A stretch of 64,000 nucleotides of DNA. Source: Paraspadella gotoi. Taxonomy: Eukaryota > Animalia > Chaetognatha. Below the pieces are notes generated by a model, which saw only the letters and a program-made list of their open reading frames with translations, searched no databases and was not told the origin of the DNA. Where the stretch lies: contig CM119265.1 of assembly GCA_051294375.1 (NCBI GenBank), forward strand, positions 17,201,172-17,265,171, given 5' to 3'. Positions 25,702 through 37,904 of the stretch are shown piece by piece. Positions within the stretch are counted from its first letter, which is position 1. Every line of letters begins with the position of its first letter. Position numbers and translations under genes: made by a program.

Positions 25702-28700
25702 TCATTTAGCCTTTATTGACTTCCGCCAACTTCGCTTGGCTTTCTACGTTCAAATATATTGAAATTCAAATTTTAAGACATCACGCCAATCCTCACCAGG
25801 TACCTTATGATTCATACGCCCTTATGGTTACCTGCTTCCTGTGCTCCCTTTCCATGTCTTTCTCGTCGACGTTGAGTTTCAGGGATTCGGCGATAAGATA
25901 TTCCTCGGCGAGGGCCTCTGCGGGGATGTTCTTGAGAGCCTCCACAGTCTCGTAGAGCCCTGGGCATTCGGCACATTGGGCCGAAGTTCCCAGAACAGAC
26001 TTGAAGAGAACGAGAGCGACGCGAAACAAAACTTTGATGCCTTCGCAGAAAAACATGTCCCAGACCTTCGGTAGATAATTGTAAATAATAATAAGTAAAT
26101 AAAAACAACAGGTTTAAACGTACTATATTACGAAGTTTCCTTTTGTTTCTAATATTTTGATAAAATCGTAATCATATTAAATTAATATATAGTCAACTTT
26201 TCAGTAAGTACAAGAACTTCAAACTGGACTGATATATTAAAAGAATTACGAGTTTAATCAAATCTTTTCGAATCGAACTAGATTGAATCTTACTCTGAGT
26301 ACTGAAGGCCAAGGTAGAGTCCTGCTGAAGACACACATAAACCACTCCATCATGATAAGGATGGGGTCGACCCTCTGCTTCTTCAAATGTTTGTAAGTCA
26401 CGTTGGAGGATTTTTTCAATAAGCCGAACAAGACTTCTCCATCAATTTGAACTTGCTCCAGGCCGGCGCTGTAGTAACCGGGCATGTAACTGCGAAAAAT
26501 GATAAATATTTAACGAAAAAGAGGCACTACAAAAAAAAAACAAAAAAAACGAAACAGCAAATACATTTTCAAGGCGCTCACCGGTCGCAAATGGAAGTGA
26601 GACTCCAGAAGGCTTGCTCCTCGGGCATATGCATGAGCAAGACGGAGGCGAGCGGTGCCATGGCTTGGCAGTAACCGTCGACGGGGTTGTGGGTGGCATA
26701 GGCGATGAGGACGTTGAAGAGGTTTTTCTGTCCCCAACCGCCGGCAGTCGCGAACATCTCGTGACAAGGAAATTGGCGGTGTAGGTCCTTCGTTATGTCG
26801 TCCACCCAGCGGGGGTCGTGCTCCTTCATTTTTTAAAGAAATTCAGTTGCTATTTCAAAGATCTAACCGAGAAAATACCCACACCCTCCTCTTGAATTTA
26901 TTGGCAAGTCAGTCAATTTTCAAATATACGTATATGACAATTTTTTTCTTTAGTATTCATATACTTTTCGAGATAAAAATAGCATGTACCATTTTAAAAA
27001 AAAAGACGCTCTTCTATTTTTTATGCCCTTGAATTCCTTTTTTAACGACTCCTCAGTCCTCACCATTTGTAAGAGCCTCTCATATCTGCCCTCGTGATGT
27101 TCCATCATGTATTTACTGCCACACAAATAGGACCAAGACAGGGCTCGTAACGAAGGTGGAATTCCCTTTCGACATCGGTCTGAAATAGGATTGAAATCCA
27201 TTTTATTCTCGCCTAGCAAAAAAGGAATAGAAACTAATATTTTTCACCCTTAATCTTGTGAAATCGTTTAGACATCCATCGTTCCCAATTGTCGATCATG
27301 TCCAGCCACTTCCGTTCTCGCCGGCGCATGCGCTCCACAGAAATCTAAATCGTTCAATTTATGAAAGAAAAAAATATCTAGAAATAGGTTAAACAAAAAT
27401 TATACATTTATTCAATAAAAAAGCTACCTTGCCCCTGACTTTGGATAGGTTTTAATGTTAAGGCCTCCGTCCCTCTTACAAAATAATACCATACTACATT
27501 CACGGTCTAACATACATGGTGACAATTTTACAAGCGCCGGTAGAAAAACGCTGTCATTTGCAAACCCATGAAGATTTTTTCAATGTTAAATATGAATTTA
27601 AAAGTAAAACCCAAACTATTTATATATGCAATTTTATCAGAATCGACTTTATTATTCCTCAGCAATGATAGCAGGAAGATGGATTGAAAATCGTCTCTAA
27701 TTTTTAAACTCACTTTTTTTAGATTTAATTTTTTTCTCTTACTTTCAGTAAGTTTTCTGAAGAAATTTGAAATAAAATAATATTAATATTATTATTTTCT
27801 GAAAGCCTTTTCAAATCTAAAGAGAATGAGTACTTACAAATACTGTAGTATAAGATTTAACTGGCCCAGCTTTAATTTAATTAGGATACTCAAAAACGAG
27901 ACAACTTTTTAAAAATCAATAGCTGGAGAGTAAATTTATGATTTTTATTAAATTGTGATTGGCTATTCTTAATCTTTGTTCAGGCTCTTTCATGATGCTT
28001 ATATAAAGAATAATATTTCATGTTATAATAATTTAAACAGGTCATATATTTTGGAAAAGATTTAAATATGTCCTTAAATAGATTCACTTTTGACGCACTT
28101 CATTTACTAAACCTAAAGGCTGAAAGCAGCTTACTTTTGACGTTAGAGCTTTTCGTACTAATATCAATTGCTCTCCTCATAATTTTTAAGCGGCTTCTGA
28201 GGATAAGTTTTAAAAAATTCGATTTTAACAAACAGTTTGAGTTGGAAAATAAAACCCTATTTGAAAAGACAACTTTCTCCACTAATTGTCAAGGCATATC
28301 TTAACTGATCAATATAAAATTCAGTATTTTCTACTCAACTAATTTTTAAAATCAATGAAATAACCACTGGTTTGCAAATGACAGCGTATTTCTACCGGGG
28401 CTTGTAAAATTGTCATCATATACGTAAACACTAAACAATAGCAATCACCCTATTCACCAAATAAAGGACGTACTTTATTAGGTAGACTAGTGTTGCCGGA
28501 GTATTGCTCGCTGCCAACGAAGAACCCGAATCTATCTGTTTGCACGAGTGTTACGCCTTCAGTTGCCGCCGCTGCCGCCTCCGCCGACTTGACGCCACCC
28601 CCATCCTCTTCTTCTTCCTCCTCCGACTCGGACTCGGAGTCGTGACGGCCAGCGTCCGACGAGCTCGTCCGAGGCCGCGCGAAGGCCACTCCCAGCGGCG

Positions 28701-29260
28701 TCCCGTTTCCCGGTAGTGGCGTCGAGCCGCCGCTCGGCGTCGCCGACTGAAATGACGAAGAGGAAGACGACGGTGTTTCCGGCCGTAGGCGATTGGAGGA
28801 GCCCGGCAGCTCTGGTGATTCAGGCTTTCCAGGAACGTCCGAAAGGTCAGCAACGGCCCCGAGAGGCGTCGGGATCTCGGCGACGACCTCGTCGATGTAG
28901 GTGGGCAGTCCCGGTTCAGGTAGTCTACCGTTGTTCGTCGGAGGGGCGTGGCCGGGCCGCCGGCCGATTGACGCGTGAGAACGCGAAGCATGAACACGTG
29001 GCGATCGCAAAGAGGGGTGCGTTTCGCTGCGCGGAGACTGAATCGTCTTCTGCGGAGATGATTTCCCACGGGGCTGAGATTTCGTTGGTGTCGTCGTCAT
29101 TGTCATGATATACTCAATTTCGTCGCCGCCGTCAAGTTGCAAATGTGACGGAAGACCTGGGAGGTCAGGTCATAGACTTTCATGTTTTACATTTGAATAT
29201 CACAGGTCAAAATATAAGATTTTTTACGTGCATAAAACACTTACCATTCGTCTCGTTCAT
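25702..29260 (-). CDS. TBC1D10A: TBC1 domain family member 10-like RabGAP (EPI64 type); exons 29260-29245, 29156-28474, 27344-27248, 27179-27064, 26823-26582, 26489-26294, 26065-25832, 25743-25702
   Basis: Motifs [23 protein letters not shown], [15 protein letters not shown], YCQAM and [11 protein letters not shown]; phase-consistent exons. Confidence 0.9.
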
Positions 29261-30590
29261 ATTGCGTTGGTAATGTTTTTTTCAATGTAGTTTTTACAAT
29301 TTTCCGAACATTATACTTCAGGTCTTTTTCGATGAGATTAAATAATCTTTAGTGCGAGTAAAAAGGAGGATTGGCTTGTCATTTTTTTCGCGAATGATGA
29401 AGGCGCACGCAGACGTTTTTAAAACTTTATAATGACAAGAAAAGACTGGTGAAAAATATTGTGAACCAAAAATTGACAATCAAGATTTAACTGTAGCTCT
29501 TCTCTGGGCGAGGAGACCGAAAAAGGGCACCGATCCGAAGCTAACTTTTTATTCTAAACACAAAACGAAGCTCTTATTCTTTCCTTTAAAGAAAATTCTG
29601 AAACGAAAAGTTCAGACAAGCTCGCAGCGAGCTGCTTCCTTGGAGGGATTTCTATATCTTTGGATGAGGACAATGAGAATAAGAAATTCATTGCAAGCGT
29701 TTAATTCAAACTTTTAGTGACAATTTGAGGAATACATTAATGTTGAATCTTGAATAGAGTGATGGGAATACCACGATGTTGACTAGACGTAGTATAGAAT
29801 AAATTGTTAAACACCGACAGATAAACTTCTTACCGTTGAGTTTTAACGCTTTATTAAGTTTTTGAAATATGTTTCAAAAAAACTCAGCTTTTCTACAGAA
29901 ATCTTACATCTTCTAAATTTAATCCGTGTCTTTCAACATCAAGAAAGCTTCCGCGAGTTAGGGCGGTGCCCAAATCTCGAGTTAATTAAATCCCAACCTT
30001 TTAAATTCGAAGCAAAAAATAAAAAGATTAGTTTTAATATAAAAACCCTAGAGAGAAATTCATTCCTAAGTAACAAACTTGGGGGGGAAGTGAACAGTGG
30101 AAAACAGCTCTGTTGCTGTTGTTAATATGTCATGTTGAAATCGCGAGACTGCAAGAAAAACAGAAACTAAGCCAGTGAACTATCTGATAATGATTGGTTG
30201 CCGAAAAGTAGATATATGTTTTTTTAATTTTTGACCTACTTAATATAAGAATTTTTAAAAAAGTGTTCTATTTCTTATTATCAACTTTTTATGATGAATC
30301 CAAATTTGCAAAAAATCTGTTAAAAAACCTTTTTGAAATTTTAACATTTATAGGGTTAGTACTAAATAATTGTTATATTTAAATATAGCCTAATGCACAA
30401 ATTGCAAAAATTATAATAATTTTTTTTATACATTAATGTTCATTAATACAGCGTTGTTCATTCCTCACTTTTAGAATTTTAATTTCAGTTAAATTTAAAC
30501 TTGAAAATATTAGATGTTTTATTTAAAAAAGAAAATGATAATAGCTTAAAATAAAATAAAATTTAAAAAAATATAAGTTTGAGTTTGTAT

Positions 30591-31143
30591 TGAAGAGACC
30601 GTAATTATTATTATGTGTTAGTTGACTTTCCAGAACCGTTCAATATAAGGCATCCTGAGCTTCGGATCAGGCTTGTAAACACCATGTTACAAGGCGGGTT
30701 AAGCGCGCTCCAAACCTCCGTCAACCTCTACCGGCCTAAGACTGCCCACCTGGTTGTAAGGGAGCTGGGTATGAGGGAAGTGGACTTTGCGCTCCGGCAC
30801 GGCAATGGCCACGTGAGAAATCGCGGTGGTGGATTTTTTTTATTTTAGTCACCATAACATCCCCCCCTTCCCGTAGGGAAGAGAGAGAAGAGAAGAAGAA
30901 GGGAAGAAGTCTGTTGCGTCTCTTCAGTGAATTGTTGGTCGGGAAAGTTCGGCACCACGAAGTGAAGGCATGTGCCGCCTGAGATTGTCGTGTGGGTGGG
31001 CGGGACAGCAGGGAGGAAGACGAGCATGTCACCCCCAGGGGTGGTTTAGGCATGTCGCCTGGATGGAAAGCCTAGTTGTTGATTTTGCGTGTTTTGTGTT
31101 CGGAACGTCGGGTCACCAGTGAAGAGAGAGAGACCGTATTGTC
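30591..31143 (-). mobile_element. Miniature LTR element family A, divergent copy; 3' LTR 30591-30856, 5' LTR truncated
   Basis: Homologous LTR; PPT GGAAGGGGGGG; PBS TGGTGACCCGACGT (tRNA-Trp 3' complement); twister core at 30649-30746. Confidence 0.75.
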
Positions 31144-31857
31144 TCGGGAATAGTAAATTTTTTCTTTTTTTTTTTAAAAAAATTTTTAAACTTTTAATAA
31201 AAAAGTCAAATTCTTCATAAAAAGTTGAATAAAAAATATAAAACATGTTATCAAAAATTCTGTCGTCTTCAACGTTTAAAACGGGAAAAAAGATAAAAAT
31301 TATAACTTTTTTATTCTCTGTAGTAAGAACTTATATGTTATAATGTTTTAATCATTTTTTTATCATCCAAACATTAAAAATATCTTATAACTATATTTAA
31401 TTTTTTTAAAAAATTTTTTACGGCGAATCCAAATCTGTTTTTAAAGTAAACAAAATTTTTAAATTTAACGATTTTATAAAAATATTTTTACATAAATAAT
31501 TGAATTTACTTTACTGTTATGCTTAAAAAATTTTTAAAAAGATTTAAAATTTATTAATTACATATCCATAAGCAATAAAAAATAATGGTCAATCACTCAA
31601 TCTTTTCATCACTCCACCCTACTGTTTATATCAAACTAAAATAACTTTTAATTTATATTTATATTTAAAACATTTTATCATGCTACTACATATATTTTTG
31701 CTATGGGGTAAAAATACTTTATTGGTAATCAAATAAAATTCAGTCTTTCCTTTTTCCAAATCCGAAAAAAAACAAAAAAAAATCATATACCTTCGTTAAA
31801 ATTTTTAACTCCAAAAACTGTTATACTTTTTAACTAGATTTTAACCAAATCTTATCT

Positions 31858-32510
31858 TACGGTGGACTAAAATCCACCAACCGTTCATCAGCGGCCATCG
31901 GTGCCGGAGGCAAGTCATTCGCCTCCCAACCCAAAGGTCCGGGTTCTTGCCCGGTGGTCGTCTGGCAGTTAAGAGACGGGGCGCTTAACCCGCCTGTAAC
32001 ATGCGTGCTTACAGCCTGATCTGAAGCTCAGGGACTGCTTTATTGAATGTTCTGTCATTAACACATATCAATTAATTACTGTCTCTTCATTGGTGAGGCC
32101 GACTCCGAACACAACCAGCAACAACACTTTCAGGCGACATGCCCTCTAACTAGCGATGCACTTTCCGCCATCAACACATCAGGCACATGCCTCAAACTTG
32201 GTGACGCAACTTTCCCCAACAACAACAACACTTGAAGAGACACAACAGGACTTCCCCTCATGGAGGGGGGATGTATGGTGGACTAAAAATCCACCAACCG
32301 TTCATCAGCGGCCATTGTGCCGGAGGCAAGTCATTCGCTCCCAACCCAAAGGTTCGGGCGTTCTAGCCCGGTGTGTCGTCTGGCATGTTAAGAGGGACGG
32401 GCGCTTAAACCCGCCTGTACATGGTGTTACAGCCTGATCCGAAGCTCAGGGACTGCTTTTATATTGAACGTTCATGTCACTTAACAATATCGAATATTAC
32501 TGTCTCTTCA
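31858..32510 (+). mobile_element. Miniature LTR retroelement (TRIM/retrozyme) family A: 5' LTR 31858-32089, PBS ~32091-32104, PPT 32262-32270, 3' LTR 32274-32510
   Basis: Direct repeats of ~235 bp, TSD ATCT on both sides, TGG-starting PBS 1 nt after the LTR, GGAGGGGGG PPT, no coding capacity. Confidence 0.9.
32382..32457 (+). ncRNA. Twister ribozyme type-P5 candidate in 3' LTR (second copy 31964-32039 in 5' LTR)
   Basis: GAGG-GA-CGG-GCGCT-TAA-ACCC-GC-P3-CCTGA-TCCGAAGC-TCAGG-GACTGC; T1 CCG/CGG and T2 GC/GC are complementary. Confidence 0.65.
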
Positions 32511-33370
32511 ATCTAAACATTTTTGGATAAAATTTATAAAAACTATTTCAGAAAGGTCTCATGATTAGGGCTTTAATTTGAAACCACACCCAACTTCCTA
32601 TCTCTTTTCTTTCAAAAGTTATACAAAAAAATAACCCTTTTTTACCATCGGAAAACTAAGGATTTGAACTACGCAATACAAATCTCAGTTAAATAAAAAT
32701 TTTTATCATCTGGAGACATCACTTTCAGTTGTAGCCATCGTCTTACTCATTTACACTATTTTACTGTATCATTCTAGCCGAATCATATTTTGCATTTTTT
32801 ATCCAGCATAATTGTCAGAAAATGATAGCTTGTAAATACAAATGGTCATACAAAATAAATTCAATGACCGCGGTCGGCGAAAGTAAAATTTTGCCTTTTT
32901 ATTTCGAGCAAATGAATTTTATTTTTCTTTGCGTCTTAAATAATCTCCCAGGAAGTGGTAAACACGAGTCAAAATACGTGAAACTTGTTTTAAAAAAATT
33001 CGGCCGATAATACTTGGTATCACCATCACCATGATTACGAAGTGAGCAAGTCAGAACGAAAGGGAGTATTCGAGATCCCATTTGGATTCCCCGAACAAGT
33101 GAACCTTGTTTCACATCAATGGCGGCCCTCAGCGATTTTTCCATCTGTGTGCTGCCACCTGTAAACCCAATCTGGCGAAATACGTTCAGGTTTAATTAAT
33201 AAAAATAGATATTTGATTTTCGACTGACGCTATATAATCTGATCTAAGGCATTACAATTTCAGTGATTTATTCAGCCTAAGGATAAACTTTGAAACATAT
33301 ATAGCGTACAGACCGAGATGATAGTCGAAAAATCAAACGCTGTTTTTATATCAGAAGGGTAGGATATTAA

Positions 33371-33992
33371 GGGTGATCATATAAGGCGGAACAAGGTAAA
33401 AACTAAGAGTTCCGTCATATAAATAACGTTAAAGCATCCCTGTGGGATAACGAAATTTTAAAAAAAATAAGATTTTATGTATAGTTAATTACATAGAAGC
33501 ATTTAAAGTTTATCGTATTACTATAAATCATGAAAATTTTATATTTCAAATTCAGAATTTTAAAAACGGATTCGGGTAAAGCTTGAAAAAATAAATAAAA
33601 AATATTATTACAAGAATTTCAAATTTTTATATTTTATTTGTTAAAATTAGCAAAAACTAAAAAAATTATGGTCTGAAGATGATGATGATTTTTAAAGGAT
33701 TTTTTCCCTTATTTGACCCACTTATCATCGAAATATTGAAAAACGCACTATACTTTGTGTAGACAACTTTTTATGGGCTATCTGAATCCGTTCTTAAAAA
33801 AAAAAAATTTTACATTTTTTTTCATTGCCTATGCATTTATAAATATTTAAATTCTTAAATGTTATACTGTGCTTCACTAGTTATAAAAGTGATGGCAAAT
33901 ATTGATTAAGTAAATGATGGACAAATGAATGTTATATGACAGAACTTCTAATGATAAAAAGGGATCAAATTTAACCCGCCTTAGTGGTCATC
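33371..33992. repeat. AT-rich MITE-like repeat with degenerate ..taaggcgg.. inverted ends; relative at ~52916-53455
   Basis: Inverted taaggcgg / ccgcctta ends; shared internal tc.gaatccgtt motif. Confidence 0.35.
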
Positions 33993-34721
33993 GAATATCA
34001 ATCACATTATTACTAATATTACTATACTATCACATTGGGTATTCGAATAACTGTTAGCTAGCAATGTTACTAAGCGAACTAGAACAAAATAATTAAGGAA
34101 AATACAAACTCGAGATACGATTACAATGAAATTATATTTTAAATGTGGTAAAAGTACTATTACTTACAGGTTCAGTTTGCCGAAACGAATAAAGAAAAAT
34201 TTAGAAACCAGAGTAGTACTTTTTCCTTCCCATACAATGTGAAACACGTAAAATAATTTGGCATGCAAGTACGAAAAAGATCAAACATCGTCCGTTTAGG
34301 AGGCAAAGATTCCATTCTAAATTCCCATATACATATTTCATTATTATTAATTCCAGTGCAGTTACAAAGCAAATCTAATTTCCCTAATGTGATTCAGTGA
34401 TAAGTATAATTAGTTTTTTCAAATCATTGCTTCTTCACGGATGAACGGTGAAAGTGGTTTTTTTAGTTTTTTTTTTTTTTGTTTTTTTTTGTTTGGTTTT
34501 TTATTTTGACATTAAGCTATATAAACATACTGCAAAAAAGTTCATGACGTGTCCAACTTTTGGTAAAAGAATAGCAGAGAAAGAGTTGATTATGACGAAA
34601 ACGTTATTTTTATCCAATGCATCAACGAGCAAATTTTATTCCCAGCATTACCTTTCAAATTATAAGAACCCTTAGTCAAGTAAAAACCCACTGGCGGCAC
34701 CTGAAGAAAAACTGAGTCATC

Positions 34722-37700
34722 TTAAAAATCACAATCCTGAATCTCGTATCGCATGACGTCCCCTTCCAGTAAATGAGGCGACGTGTGAAAAAAACTGGGA
34801 AGCGTGGTCGGTGACAGAGGGTCACCGGCGCTGACGTTAATGAAACCGAGGAAAGAAAACATTCTTATCAAGGTCGAGGTGGCATTGGGTCCCCCTAAAC
34901 CAGAGCTTCCAGAACGCGCCGTTATCTTTGGCAAGCAAATGAAAACTGACTCGCAACCCAGTTGGTCCTCAGCGAACTCCAGCAACTGAATTAAGCTGCA
35001 AAGCAAGTTGAGAAAAAACTGTAGCAGAGGAGGTGTTGAACTGAAATATTGCTGCAATATTGTTGCTACAATTATTGTCAACGTTAACCGTAAAAAATGA
35101 ATATTGATTAAATCTTAAATTAAAACATTCCTGTACTCGCCTCTCTTTAGATCCAGACGCGCCTCCAGACGGAAATCGTGGCACGACGAGAGCCTTGTTG
35201 CACAACACGGCATCCCAGACAATCTCCAGCGAAGAAGTCAGCGGCACGGTGAACTTAACAGGGACGGCGAGATCGTTCGCCTTTCCCACTACTTCCCCGG
35301 CCGCCTCTTTCAAAGGCCCGTGAAACGTCGAGAAGCTAAATCCAGAATCGTCATCGCTAGAGCGAGGAGGGAGAGGTAAGAGGGAAATGACAAGCAAAAT
35401 GAATAAGAAGGATTAACGGAGCCGAGAATTAAATTGTAAACCTAGTCGGTCCGTCCTCGCTGTCGGAGTCATCCAAGTCCGATGAAGTCGCCGAAGAAGT
35501 CGAATCGACCGTGGAGGCCCCGTCGCTGGACATCCTGGTCCTTTCGACAGGATTAGACAACGAAGTGTTCCCATCTAAAAGACGTAAAATATATTTATAC
35601 ATACAGTACGTACTAAAGGCGCCCACCAGGTACAAAATTCCTAGTGTAAAACTTAACAATTTTACGACAATGCTTATGAGATTACCTTTTCCTGGATAAC
35701 CGACACCGTTTAAGCCAAAGCCACTTATCGGACCCACGTGTTGAGTCGTTTCATTAACTTGTCCAAGAACATAGCGTGATTTGAGCCCGGAAACACCCTT
35801 AAAGAATGAATTTATGGTTTTTATTTGCGCGGCGAGTACTCGCGGAGCAACTGTCACTTTTCGGTCGGTCTGTCGGTATATCTGTCCATTGGTCTATACC
35901 ACTTACGTTAAAAATGCATATACTTTGCTCATTTGTTAATACAGGAAAAGGCCTCAAATCTAAGTGACTGCTAGCTCCGACTTCAGGAAATCCTAAAACT
36001 TTAAAGAACAAAAGACAAGATTCTGATGCAATGCGTGTCATAAATACTCGTGAATTTTTTTTTTTTTAGAAGAAATAATATAACCTTAAAAAAAATAACT
36101 GTGGCGCAACACGTTTGAATAACCGTTCTTGTTTTTATCGTAATTCGTGAAAGTTACGTACCTCGGTGACATTGAAGGTGTCTACGCGATCATCATGATG
36201 TTTGACAATCACAGAGGGAAAAGAAGATTCCCCCACGCTGCTACCCTCTGCCAATAGTGACACGTCGTTTGCAGCATGGGGAGCATCAGGAACACCACAG
36301 AGGCCCCTCCCCCGGGTTAGAGGAGCAGAGGGAGGCCGGCATCACAGATGCGGAGACGATCTGGGATCCACTCATGGAGGTCCTTAAACATGAAAAGGAA
36401 TTTCGAGATTAAAATTAGATTATCTTCTCGAAATGAGTTTAATGATTGATTTACCACTGATCTTGATACTACGTCAAAAAAAAAAAGGTTGCGACCGATA
36501 AAGTTCACTACTACGCAGTAGAATAAGGCCGTATTGTTTAGAATGTTATCAACCGAGAATTATAAGGGTCGGTTTCGAAACAAAAAAAAATAAACGCAGG
36601 GGATTCGATTTTTCGCCCTTCACAACAGAGATCGAGATCACGAACCCGATAAAAACAAACGTAAAAAAATATCCAGGATGAGGGAGAACGTTGATTGAGG
36701 AAGGCAATTTCATTGGTTACTGACGAATGGCGATTGGTTCCGAGAAGGAGATTCAAAATGTGATGATTAATGAGTTGAGAGGTAAATAATTATTAGCAAT
36801 TAGACATTTTAAGCTATGCCTATGAACAATTTTGAGAAAAAATACAAGACCGAACCGAAATACAACAAAGTTGAAAAATCGACTTTCTTCTCAGTCACTT
36901 ATACTTACCGATTATAGGAATTAGACTTATCAGTCTGTTGGTTCTTATTCCAACAACCCTCTCTAAAACTAACACGAAGGTTAGTAAAAGTTTTTATAAA
37001 TGCGGCCCAAGAACAAAACCAAAGTCAAATACTAAATAGTGAAGAGACAGTAATTATTGTTATGTGTTAGTGACAGAACCGTTCAATATAAGCAGTCCCT
37101 GAGCTTCGGATCAGGCTGTAACACCATATTACAGGCGGGTTAAGCGCCCCGTCCCTCTTAACAGCTAGGCGACCACCGGGCTAGAACCCCGGACCTTTGG
37201 GTTGGGAGGAGAATGACTTGCCTCCGGCACCAATGGCCGCTGATGAACGGTTGGTGGATTTTAGTCCACCATACATCCCCCCTCCCATAGGGCGAAGTCT
37301 GTTGCGTCTCTTCAGTGAATTGTTGTTGGAGGAAAGTTCGTCACCAAGTTGAGGCATGTCGCCTGATGTGTTGTGGGCGGAAAGTGCATCGCCAGGTTGA
37401 GGCATGTCGCCTGAAAGTGTTGTTGTTGCTATTGTGTTCAGAAGTAGGGCTCACCAATGAAGAGACAGTAATTATTGTTGTGTTAGTGACAGAACCATTC
37501 AATATAAGCAGTCCCTGAGTTTCGGATCAGGCTGTAACACCATATTACAGGCGGGTTAAGCGCCCCGTCCTTCTTAACTGCTAGGTGACCACCGGGCTAG
37601 AACCCCGGACCTTTGGGTTGGGAGGAGAATGACTTGCCTCCGGCACCAATGGCCGCTGATGAACGGTTGGTGGATTTTAGTCCACCATAATAGGTTAATA

Positions 37701-37904
37701 ATTTCAAACTGAGAGCGTTTGCTAAAGTTTTACCACAAACTTCACAACTTTACAAGTTTGTATTGAAAACGTTTTGCACATGAAGTTAATAATCGCACAA
37801 AACTAGTTCACACAAAGGTTTTCATATGGAATTATACAGTTGACATACCCAGTACTCCTTGGTATACTGTCAAAATTTGATGAGCCTTTTTTATTTTTTG
37901 CCAT
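34722..37904 (-). CDS. OAZ1: Ornithine decarboxylase antizyme (+1 programmed frameshift), ~354 aa; exons 37904-37849, 36962-36909, 36382-36162, 35797-35686, 35574-35442, 35356-35141, 34995-34722
   Basis: 68-codon ORF1 ends GGG CCT CTG TGG TGT TCC TGA T. ORF2 begins DAPH and contains GSKESLIQLLEFAEDQLG...LIRMFSFLGF. Confidence 0.93.
36212..36291 (-). promoter_or_regulatory. Antizyme frameshift site (TCC TGA, 36291-36286) and 3' stimulatory pseudoknot
   Basis: Stem 1 CCCCATGCTGC (36281-36271) / GCAGCGTGGGG (36241-36231); stem 2 CAGAGGG (36250-36244) / CCCTCTG (36218-36212). Confidence 0.85.
37091..37166 (-). ncRNA. Twister ribozyme type-P5 candidate in LTR (second copy 37507-37582)
   Basis: AGCWGTT-AA-GAGG-GA-CGG-GGCGCT-U^AA-CCC-GC-CTGTAAT/GTTACAG-CCTGA-TCCGAAGC-TCAGG-GACTGCT; predicted cut 37142^37141. 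Confidence 0.7.
37169..37240 (-). promoter_or_regulatory. 72-nt tRNA-like module inside LTR (putative Pol III internal promoter)
   Basis: Acceptor-like stem GCGGCCA/TGGTCGC; T-arm CCGGG-GTTCTAG-CCCGG with B-box-like GGTTCTAGCCC. Anticodon arm not canonical, so not a functional tRNA. Confidence 0.6.

Larger units (their letters stand above)
37040..37689 (-). mobile_element. Miniature LTR retroelement family A, youngest copy, in antizyme intron 1: 5' LTR 37689-37458, 3' LTR 37273-37040
   Basis: LTRs differ by ~5 substitutions and a 2-nt indel; TSD ATAG both sides; PBS TGGTGAGCCCTAC; PPT GGGAGGGGGG. Confidence 0.92.

Noticed and set aside
32899-33144. 81-aa minus-strand ORF after an AG acceptor
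   Set aside because: No recognisable motif or partner exons.
37176-37192. Second twister P4 (CCGG-GGTTCTAGC-CCGG)
   Set aside because: No matching UAA/P2/T1 strands; better explained as the tRNA T-arm.
37169-37240. Functional tRNA gene
   Set aside because: D and anticodon arms are not canonical and it is repeated inside LTRs; treated as a tRNA-derived promoter.
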